From IMG/VR virus record IMGVR_UViG_3300007734_000753, positions 12,731-76,730 of that record: DNA of 64,000 bases; one strand, given 5' to 3'. Positions within the stretch are counted from its first letter, which is position 1. The number at the start of each line of letters is the position of its first letter. This document shows, one piece after another, positions 39,017 to 47,172 of the stretch. Below the pieces are notes generated by a model. It did not search any database and was not told the origin of the DNA. It saw nothing but the letters and a program-made list of their open reading frames with translations. The position numbers and the translations under genes were made by a program. Source of the DNA: a virus.

Positions 39017-40281
39017 TGGCAGTATCTAATGCGACAAATCTATCAAATGCAAAAGATATGTATGAGGGTAGATCTGCCTATAAAGAAGAGTTTCCTAAAA
39101 CCGATATACAATTCGATTCAGGTTACACAAATAGACTTTTTGGTAGAGTGGATACGCTTGGAAACGTAATACAGGTCAATGAGTCTTTTCTTTCCTTCTT
39201 TGCAACAGCAATAGACAAAAGCAATGCTTCTTGCATACATTTTGTGGCTGATGCCTTTTTAGATTGTAGAAAACAATATAATATACAAGCTGCAAAAGGC
39301 AATATAAACACAGCATCTCCTTTCTTTCAGGATACCTTTCCTGTTTATCAAGGCTGGAAAAAACAGGAGTCCTTATTCGGCACAAACAACAACAACGTTT
39401 ATACGTCTTTTACAAATTATATTTTTAATAATTCCTATAAAGTTTCTAAATTTGAGAATTACACGGAGTTATTGTTGAAATTTCTGAAAGAAGCGGATTT
39501 GCCATTGACAAGAGTTGGGTTTTATGAAAGCCCTTTCAATCCACCATATACAAGCGGAATTGTTTTGGACGTTTTTGAGGGAGATGCAGGCGACGATTCG
39601 ACAAGAGAGCAGTTTATTTCAGATCCAAATTATCCTTTAGTTTCTGAATTGCTTGCTGATAGAGGTTTGAGATTTGATGCTCAAGTTCCTTGGAGAATTA
39701 TTGCAAACATACAATCTGGCAATCTACAGCCTTATATCCAAAAGAGGCTAAATAAATCTAATTTTGTTCTTCAAGACATATTTGATAGATTTTATTTCAA
39801 GTCTTTTGAGGGAGTTGAGTTTACATCATTTCAAGAGTTCAAGAACACAATAAAAGCCTTTTATAATGCTTATAAAGTTGTCTTTCCAAAATTCAATCAG
39901 TTTGTTTATCACCCTTCTCCAATACAGCAAACATTTGCAAAAGGAGCTTACGCCAACACTAACTCTTGCAGCGGCGTAAAGAACGTATTTGTTTACGCTG
40001 AAGATATAAAACTTGTCCCTGATTCTAAAGAAGATGATTTATTCTTCCTTGACTTGTATTATCAAACAAGATTATTGGAAACCAAAACAATTCTGAAAGA
40101 TTCTGTTCAAGAATTTCATAGAGGTAATTATCGTGGATTTTATCTCAACGATAAAAATAGACAAAATGGTATAAAAAAGGCTGTGAGCTATATCAACTAT
40201 AATTTGGGTACCCTAGCTTTCAGAAGTCCAAGCGTGGACGAAATAAACTTGACGAGAACTGGCAACGCTGTTACCATGTAG
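39016..40281 (+). CDS. Hypothetical (probably virion) protein
   Basis: TAATG-coupled to the hub gene; last gene of the tail operon. Confidence 0.6.
   Translation: MAVSNATNLSNAKDMYEGRSAYKEEFPKTDIQFDSGYTNRLFGRVDTLGNVIQVNESFLSFFATAIDKSNASCIHFVADAFLDCRKQYNIQAAKGNINTASPFFQDTFPVYQGWKKQESLFGTNNNNVYTSFTNYIFNNSYKVSKFENYTELLLKFLKEADLPLTRVGFYESPFNPPYTSGIVLDVFEGDAGDDSTREQFISDPNYPLVSELLADRGLRFDAQVPWRIIANIQSGNLQPYIQKRLNKSNFVLQDIFDRFYFKSFEGVEFTSFQEFKNTIKAFYNAYKVVFPKFNQFVYHPSPIQQTFAKGAYANTNSCSGVKNVFVYAEDIKLVPDSKEDDLFFLDLYYQTRLLETKTILKDSVQEFHRGNYRGFYLNDKNRQNGIKKAVSYINYNLGTLAFRSPSVDEINLTRTGNAVTM
40249..40277 (+). promoter_or_regulatory. sigma70-like promoter for the PolA-like gene
   Basis: TTGACG, N17, TACCAT with extended TG. 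Confidence 0.6.
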
Positions 40282-40286
40282 CTGCC

Positions 40287-41459
40287 ATGTACTTCCAAAC
40301 TATTGAACGTAACAAAAACTGCTTTGGTTTTTATGCGGATGGATCAATCAAAATCGATCTGCTGCCATCGCATCCATCAAAAACTTGGGATTACACACAC
40401 CTATGCGATGACAGCACAGAACTTGCCAAGATCTATTGTGGTGGCAAGACACTTCTTGAGGTGTGTCCCGAGGAACTAAAGGACGAAGCCGTACAAAGTT
40501 TTGATAAACTGAAGGCTTTTATGCGTAGTATGGTTCACGCCAAGATAGATTTTGATGTGAATTGTTTTTATGATCTGCTTCCAGAAAAGTTCTTGTTAGA
40601 ACACTTTGAGATACGTAATAAAATCACTAAATATGTGCTTGAAAATTACGAAAAGCCAAAGAACTATGAAACTCTACGTGACGCCTCAGAGCTAATTTAT
40701 AACATCGAACAACACAAGCTAAACATCGACCTAGAATCGGTCAAGAAAAAGCTGCCAAATCCAAAAGCGCAAAGATTTATAAAAAACAAGTATCCAAATC
40801 GTATCAAATATAATGTATTTGGTGCAGTTACGGGTCGTCTGACGCTAGGCAAAGACAGTTTTCCAATTCTGAATCTCGATAAAGAGCTTCGTGATTGTAT
40901 CAAACCGAACAATCATCGTTTTGTTGAGCTAGATTATAATTCAGCAGAGCTTCGTGTTTTGCTTGCCATATGCAATAAAGAGCAGCCAACCATTGATTTG
41001 CATGAGTGGAACTCAATAAACATCTTTGGTGGTAAGTTAGACCGCTCAAAAGCCAAACAGAAGATCTTTTCATGGCTTTATGACAAGAAAACTAACGATT
41101 TGGCTGAAAAAGTTTATGATAAACAGATAATTATAGATAAATTCTATGATGGAAATAAAGTGAAAACTGTTTATAATCGAGAGATTGAGTGCGACCAAGA
41201 ACATGCTGTAAATTATGTCATTCAGAGCACAGCAACTGATTTGGTCGTGGAACAAGCACACAAGATTCAGAAGATTTTGCAAGGCAAGAAGTCTTTTATC
41301 GCATTTTATCTATATGATTCTGTTGTATTGGACTTCCACAAGGAAGATATGCATCTGCTGAAACAAATTGCAAATACATTTTCTAATACTCGGTTTGGAA
41401 ACTTTTTGACCAATGTTTCTGTTGGCAAGAACTTTGGCGAAATGGAGAAGAACAAATGA
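40287..41459 (+). CDS. Minimal family A DNA polymerase-like protein
   Basis: TGRL, motif A ELDYNSAELRVL, motif B RSKAKQKIFSWLY, NYVIQSTATD, motif C LYDSVV; no exonuclease domain recognised. Confidence 0.75.
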   Translation: MYFQTIERNKNCFGFYADGSIKIDLLPSHPSKTWDYTHLCDDSTELAKIYCGGKTLLEVCPEELKDEAVQSFDKLKAFMRSMVHAKIDFDVNCFYDLLPEKFLLEHFEIRNKITKYVLENYEKPKNYETLRDASELIYNIEQHKLNIDLESVKKKLPNPKAQRFIKNKYPNRIKYNVFGAVTGRLTLGKDSFPILNLDKELRDCIKPNNHRFVELDYNSAELRVLLAICNKEQPTIDLHEWNSINIFGGKLDRSKAKQKIFSWLYDKKTNDLAEKVYDKQIIIDKFYDGNKVKTVYNREIECDQEHAVNYVIQSTATDLVVEQAHKIQKILQGKKSFIAFYLYDSVVLDFHKEDMHLLKQIANTFSNTRFGNFLTNVSVGKNFGEMEKNK

Positions 41460-42292
41460 TTTTTATGGGGCTTGGCGGTGGTGGTTGCTCGTTGGCAAAA
41501 AGATTTTATGAAGTTGCCGAGGAAGGCAATCAACTATTTCTTTTCGACACAAATGAAAAATATAAGCTTCCCAAAACCAAGTCAATGGAGGAAGCGGAAC
41601 AAAAAACGCCAGACTTCAAGCTCAACATAAAAGATGAAGACATATTGTTTATTCTTTGTGGGGGTGGAAATACATCTGGTCATGCTTTGAGAATTCTTGA
41701 GCAGATAAAAGATAATAACATTGACATTATTTATGTGCGCCCAGATCTTTCTTTGGCAAATTCAGAAGAGAAGCTTCGTGAAAAAGTTGTTTTCAATATA
41801 TTTCAGGAAATGACTCGTTCTGGATTGTTCAACAAGATGATTCTGGTTTCCAATGAGCATATTGCAAAGTCAAACGAAGATATAGCTCTTGACAATTATT
41901 ACGATAAAATCAATGAAACGGTTGAATATGTTTATGGTCACATCAACTTCTTTCTTTCTAAGAAAGCAATTAGAAGCAACTTGACAAGCCCGAAAGAAGC
42001 ATGTAGGCTTGTCACTATCGGCATGGTAGATTACGAATCTGGTGAAGAGCAGATGTTATTCCCGATGGAAAATATAAGAGAAAAACAGTTTCTTTTCGGC
42101 TTGTCGCCTGAATCTGTAAAAAATCGTAAATCGTTACAAAAAATTCAAGACCACTTGACAAAAATTGAAAAGCAGGGTATCATCTGTTCCCATAAGATTC
42201 TTTCACTAGAAATAAGTGACAATCTCGTTTTTACTATTAATTACACTAATTTTATACAAAACCAACTTATACTAAACAACGGAGAAAACTAA
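41456..42292 (+). CDS. Divergent FtsZ/tubulin-like protein
   Basis: N-terminal GLGGGGCSLA T1 loop, degenerate signature CGGGNTSG, YVRP and LVSNE. Confidence 0.6.
   Translation: MIFMGLGGGGCSLAKRFYEVAEEGNQLFLFDTNEKYKLPKTKSMEEAEQKTPDFKLNIKDEDILFILCGGGNTSGHALRILEQIKDNNIDIIYVRPDLSLANSEEKLREKVVFNIFQEMTRSGLFNKMILVSNEHIAKSNEDIALDNYYDKINETVEYVYGHINFFLSKKAIRSNLTSPKEACRLVTIGMVDYESGEEQMLFPMENIREKQFLFGLSPESVKNRKSLQKIQDHLTKIEKQGIICSHKILSLEISDNLVFTINYTNFIQNQLILNNGEN
42155..42183 (+). promoter_or_regulatory. sigma70-like promoter for SSB, inside the upstream gene
   Basis: TTGACA, N17, TATCAT; a second candidate TTGACA, N17, TAGGCT lies at 41981-42009. Confidence 0.55.
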
Positions 42293-42293
42293 A

Positions 42294-43031
42294 ATGGCTA
42301 TTGATCTAAAAGCAATGCGTGCAAAACTATCACAACTAAACTCAAAAGGTGCAAATTCGGCTGGTCCGAAGTTCTGGAAGATTCCCGATGGCGAGAGCGT
42401 GATTCGCGTCCTGCCTGCTAAGGATGGAGATCCTTTTAAGGAATTCCATTTCCACTATAATGTCGGTAAAGAGAACGGCTTTCTCTGTCCCAAGAAGAAC
42501 TTTGGTGAGAAATGCGCCGTTTGTGATTTCGTATCGAAACTCTACAAAGAGGGTGACGATGAAAGCCGGGCAATGGCGAAAAACTTCTCAAGCCGTCAAC
42601 GCTTTGTAACACCAATCATTGTGCGTGGCGAGGAAAAGGAAGGAACTAAGCTTTGGTCTTACAGCAAAAAGGTTTATGAGAGTCTGTTACAGCTTGTTCT
42701 GAACCCAGACTATGGCGATATTGCTGACGAAAAAGAGGGTATTGATCTTGTCATAGCTTATGGTAAAGCACCCGGCATGTTATTCCCTGCTACCAGCGTC
42801 ACGCCTCGTCGTAAAAGCTCACCACTAACAACCGATCGAGAACTTCTCGATGAGCTTCTTGAGGCTAACGTAGATTTTGCTACATTGTTTGAGCGTAAAA
42901 CCTCAGAGCAAGTTGAACAAATTCTTGACCGTCACCTACTTGGTGATGATAAAGAAGAGGTTGTGAAAGGTGGAAAGGCTGATGACAGCGAAGATGATAT
43001 CGACCGTAAATTCAGCGAGATGCTTTCATAA
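42294..43031 (+). CDS. Single-stranded DNA-binding protein (gp32-like)
   Basis: FWK...IRVLP, HY..CP..CAVC zinc site, DYGDI.D..G.D and an acidic tail. Confidence 0.85.
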   Translation: MAIDLKAMRAKLSQLNSKGANSAGPKFWKIPDGESVIRVLPAKDGDPFKEFHFHYNVGKENGFLCPKKNFGEKCAVCDFVSKLYKEGDDESRAMAKNFSSRQRFVTPIIVRGEEKEGTKLWSYSKKVYESLLQLVLNPDYGDIADEKEGIDLVIAYGKAPGMLFPATSVTPRRKSSPLTTDRELLDELLEANVDFATLFERKTSEQVEQILDRHLLGDDKEEVVKGGKADDSEDDIDRKFSEMLS

Positions 43032-43056
43032 AGCCTTCTAAAAATTAAGATAATTG

Positions 43057-43098
43057 GAAAGCCCATCCGAGGAAACTTTGGTGGGCTTTCTGTTTTTT
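43057..43098 (+). terminator. Rho-independent terminator
   Basis: GAAAGCCCA..GGAAAC..TGGGCTTTC followed by TGTTTTTT. Confidence 0.8.
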
Positions 43099-43101
43099 GC
43101 G

Positions 43102-43109
43102 ACTATTTA
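43102..43109 (+). promoter_or_regulatory. Late promoter ACTATTTA
   Basis: Between the terminator and the GAGGAG RBS. Confidence 0.7.
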
Positions 43110-43133
43110 TTGTTGTTGAGGAGTTTTTATAAT

Positions 43134-44150
43134 ATGAATATTCGCAAGTTAATTGAAGAAGAGTTGAATAAAGTTTTGAAAGAAGCAGAAGTCCCTCCCT
43201 CGGTCACTCCAACAGAAAAAGGTTTTTCTGCTCAAAATCCTTTTGATTCCGTTCAAGAACTTCAAGCTTATTATGCAAAACCTGAAAACAAAAAAGAACA
43301 ACAAGAAATAGCCTTTTATAAAACCGATAAAGGTGGGATAGTCAAAGCGTATGTTGTTGATGGTAACATTATAGAAACATCCTCGGCACAACTAAAATAC
43401 CCAAGCCCATTAGATTATGCCGATCAACAAACGCTAGCTAAACAAAGTCTTACAAGAAGATTCGGAGCAAAATGTGAATTTGCTTCTTTTGTTCAGAATC
43501 TAATAAGAGAAAAAATTAAATTTGACGATCCAATTCTCGTTAAAAAATTATCTGATGGCAAAATGGGTTTTGTAACAGCGACAGCTATAAATTATATGAT
43601 AAATTATGCGACCAAAGCCGGTATACAAACAAATATAAAGCCGATCGCTTATAATAAACAGGCATATATGAACGCCTGCAAAACAGATAAAGCTACTATG
43701 CAAGAATTTCAGAAGTTATTTTATGCTGTACCAGCAGAAGAAATAAAAAAAGTGATACAACAAGCTGCGGCGCAACCAGCGGCGCAACAAGCTGATACCA
43801 ATGATGTAACCCTTGAATTGTCTATGATTAGACAAATTATAGCAAAAAGATTAAGTTTATTACTAAAAAATCCTTCTGACATTAAAAGAGTTTCTGATAC
43901 AATATATACACAGTATTTACCAAATGAGATATATAAGAGCCGTATGAAACCTGAAGGCATTACAACAGATGAAATGTATCGAATTGTAGGTGTTGTACTT
44001 GATCGATTTGACGCTGATTTTCCCGGCGCACTAGAAGATAAACCCAGCGCAACAGGCGCAGGAGCACCAGTGGGTAGTTTCGGGGGTGTGCAAGAATCCA
44101 AATCCCTCCGAAGTATGATCCTCAAAGAGATCCTTGCTGCTCTAAAATAA
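43134..44150 (+). CDS. Putative internal head protein
   Basis: N-terminal IRKLIEEELNKVLKE|A and C-terminal LRSMILKEIL; has its own late promoter. Confidence 0.6.
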   Translation: MNIRKLIEEELNKVLKEAEVPPSVTPTEKGFSAQNPFDSVQELQAYYAKPENKKEQQEIAFYKTDKGGIVKAYVVDGNIIETSSAQLKYPSPLDYADQQTLAKQSLTRRFGAKCEFASFVQNLIREKIKFDDPILVKKLSDGKMGFVTATAINYMINYATKAGIQTNIKPIAYNKQAYMNACKTDKATMQEFQKLFYAVPAEEIKKVIQQAAAQPAAQQADTNDVTLELSMIRQIIAKRLSLLLKNPSDIKRVSDTIYTQYLPNEIYKSRMKPEGITTDEMYRIVGVVLDRFDADFPGALEDKPSATGAGAPVGSFGGVQESKSLRSMILKEILAALK

Positions 44151-44155
44151 GTTTC

Positions 44156-44209
44156 TTGACATTATAGACAATAAGCCCTATACTTGTGCAAAACTTGTAT
44201 AGGGTTTTT
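44156..44209 (+). promoter_or_regulatory. sigma70 promoter overlapping a terminator hairpin
   Basis: TTGACA, N17, TATACT; the -10 lies in arm AAGCCCTATAC, which pairs with GTATAGGGTTT. Confidence 0.7.
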
Positions 44210-44224
44210 GTTTATAGGAGAAAT

Positions 44225-45379
44225 ATGGCTAGAGCTACAAAACAAAAAGAAGAAAAAGGTCGCATTGGTATATCTCAATTGCGCGAGATGATAAATAAAA
44301 AAGCAGGCGCAAATGTTGCGTTTGATTTGACACAAGACAATCCATCAGATGTTACAGAGTGGATTAGTACTGGTTCTCATGTTCTAGATTCTATTATTTG
44401 TCGTGGTAAAAAAGCAGGTATTCCTGCTGGTCGTATTACAGAATTAGCTGGTCTAGAAGCCTCTGGCAAGTCTTATCTTGCAGCACAAATTGCAGCAAAT
44501 GCACAGAAACAAGGTTTTGACGTTGTTTATTTTGATTCAGAATCTTCACTTGATTCAGACTTCCTTGCGAAAGCAGGCTGTGATGTAAGCAACATTATTT
44601 ATGCTCAAGCAACTTCAATCGAGTTTGTTCTTGAAACCATTGAAGAGCTTTTGGGTAGCAATCAGAATAAGATGTTGTTTATTCTAGATTCATTTGCTTT
44701 TACACCTTGCCTTGCAGATCTAAATGGTGATTTCAATCCACAGTCTAGTATGGCGATGAAGCCTCGTATCATGTCAAAAGGTTTGACGAAGCTTATTCAG
44801 CCAATTGCTAACTCTGGTTCTGCATTTTTGGTATTGAATCAGCTAAAACAAAACATCGTGACAGGTCCAACTGCTCACGTTGAAATGATGATTAATCCAT
44901 ATATCGTTCCCGGTGGTAAAGCTCTTGCTTATGCTTATTCATTGCGTATCTGGTTGACTGGTCGCAAGAGTAAATCAAGCTATGTTATTTCAGAAAATGG
45001 CTTTCGTATTGGCAGCGAAACAAAATGTACACTAAAGAAGAGCCGTTTTGGTACAGAAGGTCGTGAGTGTTCTGTAAAACTTCTATGGGGTGGTGAACAA
45101 ATTCACGTTCAAGATGAAGATGCTTGGATGGAAATTCTAAAGAATTCTGAGCATGTAACTGTCGGACCTTGGTGGACATTAAAGTACGCCGATGGTTCTA
45201 CTGTTAAATTCCGTTCAGCCGATTTTATGCAAGAGCTATCCAATGCCAAATTCCGTAATCGTGTTGTCGAGATCGTAGAGGAAGAGCTTATTACAAAATT
45301 TGATCAACAAAAAGGAAATGCAGCTAATTATTATAATGTTGATGGCTCTTTAGACGGCATCACAGAAGAAGAGGAATGA
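44225..45379 (+). CDS. recA: RecA/UvsX recombinase
   Basis: ISTG..LD, GRITELAGLEASGKS, FDSE, ILDS, LNQL and PGGKAL motifs. Confidence 0.92.
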   Translation: MARATKQKEEKGRIGISQLREMINKKAGANVAFDLTQDNPSDVTEWISTGSHVLDSIICRGKKAGIPAGRITELAGLEASGKSYLAAQIAANAQKQGFDVVYFDSESSLDSDFLAKAGCDVSNIIYAQATSIEFVLETIEELLGSNQNKMLFILDSFAFTPCLADLNGDFNPQSSMAMKPRIMSKGLTKLIQPIANSGSAFLVLNQLKQNIVTGPTAHVEMMINPYIVPGGKALAYAYSLRIWLTGRKSKSSYVISENGFRIGSETKCTLKKSRFGTEGRECSVKLLWGGEQIHVQDEDAWMEILKNSEHVTVGPWWTLKYADGSTVKFRSADFMQELSNAKFRNRVVEIVEEELITKFDQQKGNAANYYNVDGSLDGITEEEE

Positions 45380-45380
45380 T

Positions 45381-45539
45381 ATGGCAAAGACAGAAGCTTC
45401 ACTTTCTAAGAATAGCAAACGTGGACGCACAAAACCCAAAAAGACTCGTCAAGGGCGTAGCTGCAATACCAAGTATGCATTACATAAGAACTCAAAGCTT
45501 TATAAGAAAAAGTATCGCGGTCAAGGTAGAAAAAGATAA
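45381..45539 (+). CDS. 52-aa basic peptide ending KKYRGQGR (not in ORF track)
   Basis: MAKTEASLSKNSKRGRTKPKKTRQGRSCNTKYALHKNSKLYKKKYRGQGRKR*, with GAGG SD. Confidence 0.75.
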   Translation: MAKTEASLSKNSKRGRTKPKKTRQGRSCNTKYALHKNSKLYKKKYRGQGRKR

Positions 45540-45541
45540 AG

Positions 45542-45615
45542 ACTATTTATAGTACTTGACTCGATGAAGAAGATCCCCTATAATGAACTCAACATTTGTT
45601 ATAGGGGATTTTTTT
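45542..45615 (+). promoter_or_regulatory. Late promoter, sigma70 promoter and overlapping hairpin
   Basis: ACTATTTA at 45542-45549; TTGACT, N17, TATAAT at 45556-45584; ATCCCCTATAA / TTATAGGGGAT plus a T run. Confidence 0.7.
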
Positions 45616-45619
45616 ATGA

Positions 45620-46120
45620 GTGAAGAACAGAAAGAGAAGCAGTGTCTGCAAAATATGCAAAACCCTGACTTTTTATGGGAGATTCCTAAAAATGGTTCAG
45701 AGCAACATCTTGTACAGCAAGTGCAAGAAGTCGGAAGATCCGGAGAGGATACAACAAGTAATAAGGATCTTGAGAAGTGAATTGAATATAAGTGAAAGCG
45801 GTGTTGGTCTTTCGGCAAATCAAATTGGTATCAACGAAAGTATTTGTATCGTAAATGCCATTAGAGAAATAGTGTTTGTAAATCCAGAGATTGTTGAGGC
45901 ATCTGAAGAAATGTTTACATTTCATGAAGGATGCCTTTCTTTTCCAAATACTTTTGTAAAGACTATAAGACATAAAAGAATTGTGGTAAAATCAGACAAC
46001 AATGAACTTATGGAATTTGTTTATCATGATTTTGATGATAAAAACAACTTGGAGCTTGTCTGTGTTCAACACGAAATAGATCACCTAAACGGTATAACAA
46101 TGTTTGATAGGAAACAATGA
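45620..46120 (+). CDS. def: Peptide deformylase (start may be 45692)
   Basis: GVGLSANQIG, EGCLS and QHEIDHLNG motifs. Confidence 0.92.
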   Translation: MKNRKRSSVCKICKTLTFYGRFLKMVQSNILYSKCKKSEDPERIQQVIRILRSELNISESGVGLSANQIGINESICIVNAIREIVFVNPEIVEASEEMFTFHEGCLSFPNTFVKTIRHKRIVVKSDNNELMEFVYHDFDDKNNLELVCVQHEIDHLNGITMFDRKQ

Positions 46121-47055
46121 GATACATGATCGTAGACAGCCTCAATCAATTTTTGAGGTCACTTGTCGTCAATCCAACTTTATCGCCAAACGGTCAGCGA
46201 ATTGGTGGCATCGTTGGATATATGAAAACATTGCAGAAACTCTGCCGCGAAATCAAACCAGACCGTGTTATCATCTGTTGGGATGGTCAAGGCGGCTCTC
46301 AACGACGACGTTCGGAAAACAAAAACTATAAAGAAGGGCGCAAACCTTTGCGTCTAAATTGGAATAACGATCTAAACGAGGAAGATACCCTCAAGAATAA
46401 ACTTTGGCAAACAAGCCGCTTGATGGAGTATATGAACAACCTTCCAGTTTGCCAGCTTATGTATGCTGCTACAGAAGCAGACGACATTGTTTCTATGGTT
46501 TGTAAAGAATTGCCAGAAGATCAAAAGATTATTATTTCATCAGATAAAGACTTTTATCAATTATTGGACGACAAAACAATAATCTTTCGTCCCGTGCAAA
46601 ATGAGTTTGTAAATCGCAAAAAAGTCTTGGAAGAGTTTGGCATTCATCCAAACAATTTCGCAATTTCTAGAGCCATTTGCGGTGATAATTCAGACAATCT
46701 TTCTGGCATCAAAGGAGCCGGTCTGGCAACTGTTGCAAAGCGCCTGCCTTTCTTGAAAGAAGACAAATCAGCCACTTTCCAAGACATTTATGATTATTGT
46801 GAAGGTCAAGATAAGATCAAACTATATGACAATATATTAGAATCAAAACAAGTTATTGAAAACAATTATAAACTGATGCAGCTTTATGCGCCTTCGGCTG
46901 CACCATACATAAAACAAGGAATTCGGGACTCTTTAGAGAATTATCCAAAGAGCCTAAATAAGACAGAAGTGCGTAAAATGTTCATGATTGATGGGATAGG
47001 GGAGCTAGATTGGAGCGATCTTTTTTCAGTAATGACAAAGATTTCTTTCTCCTAA
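46117..47055 (+). CDS. 5'-3' exonuclease / flap endonuclease (T4 RNase H-like)
   Basis: IVDS.N, WDG, YKEGR, EADD, SSDKDFYQL and GDNSDNL.GIKG.G motifs. Confidence 0.92.
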   Translation: MRYMIVDSLNQFLRSLVVNPTLSPNGQRIGGIVGYMKTLQKLCREIKPDRVIICWDGQGGSQRRRSENKNYKEGRKPLRLNWNNDLNEEDTLKNKLWQTSRLMEYMNNLPVCQLMYAATEADDIVSMVCKELPEDQKIIISSDKDFYQLLDDKTIIFRPVQNEFVNRKKVLEEFGIHPNNFAISRAICGDNSDNLSGIKGAGLATVAKRLPFLKEDKSATFQDIYDYCEGQDKIKLYDNILESKQVIENNYKLMQLYAPSAAPYIKQGIRDSLENYPKSLNKTEVRKMFMIDGIGELDWSDLFSVMTKISFS

Positions 47056-47070
47056 AAGCTAATTATATAC

Positions 47071-47115
47071 AAATCCACCATTTGATAGTTCTCTATTGAG
47101 TGGTGGATTTTTTTT
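47071..47115 (+). terminator. Rho-independent terminator
   Basis: AAATCCACCA...TGGTGGATTT followed by a T run. Confidence 0.75.
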
Positions 47116-47118
47116 ACC

Positions 47119-47147
47119 TTGATCAATCTAGGACAGTGTGTTACGAT
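47119..47147 (+). promoter_or_regulatory. sigma70-like promoter for helicase
   Basis: TTGATC, N17, TACGAT with extended TG. Confidence 0.55.
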
Positions 47148-47172
47148 GCCAACATCATTTGCAGGAGAATTT

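Noticed and set aside
41456-42292. Calling this a nucleus-forming (PhiKZ-like) phage because of the tubulin-like gene
   Set aside because: The structural module is T4-like, and no chimallin or phage multisubunit RNAP is visible in this window.
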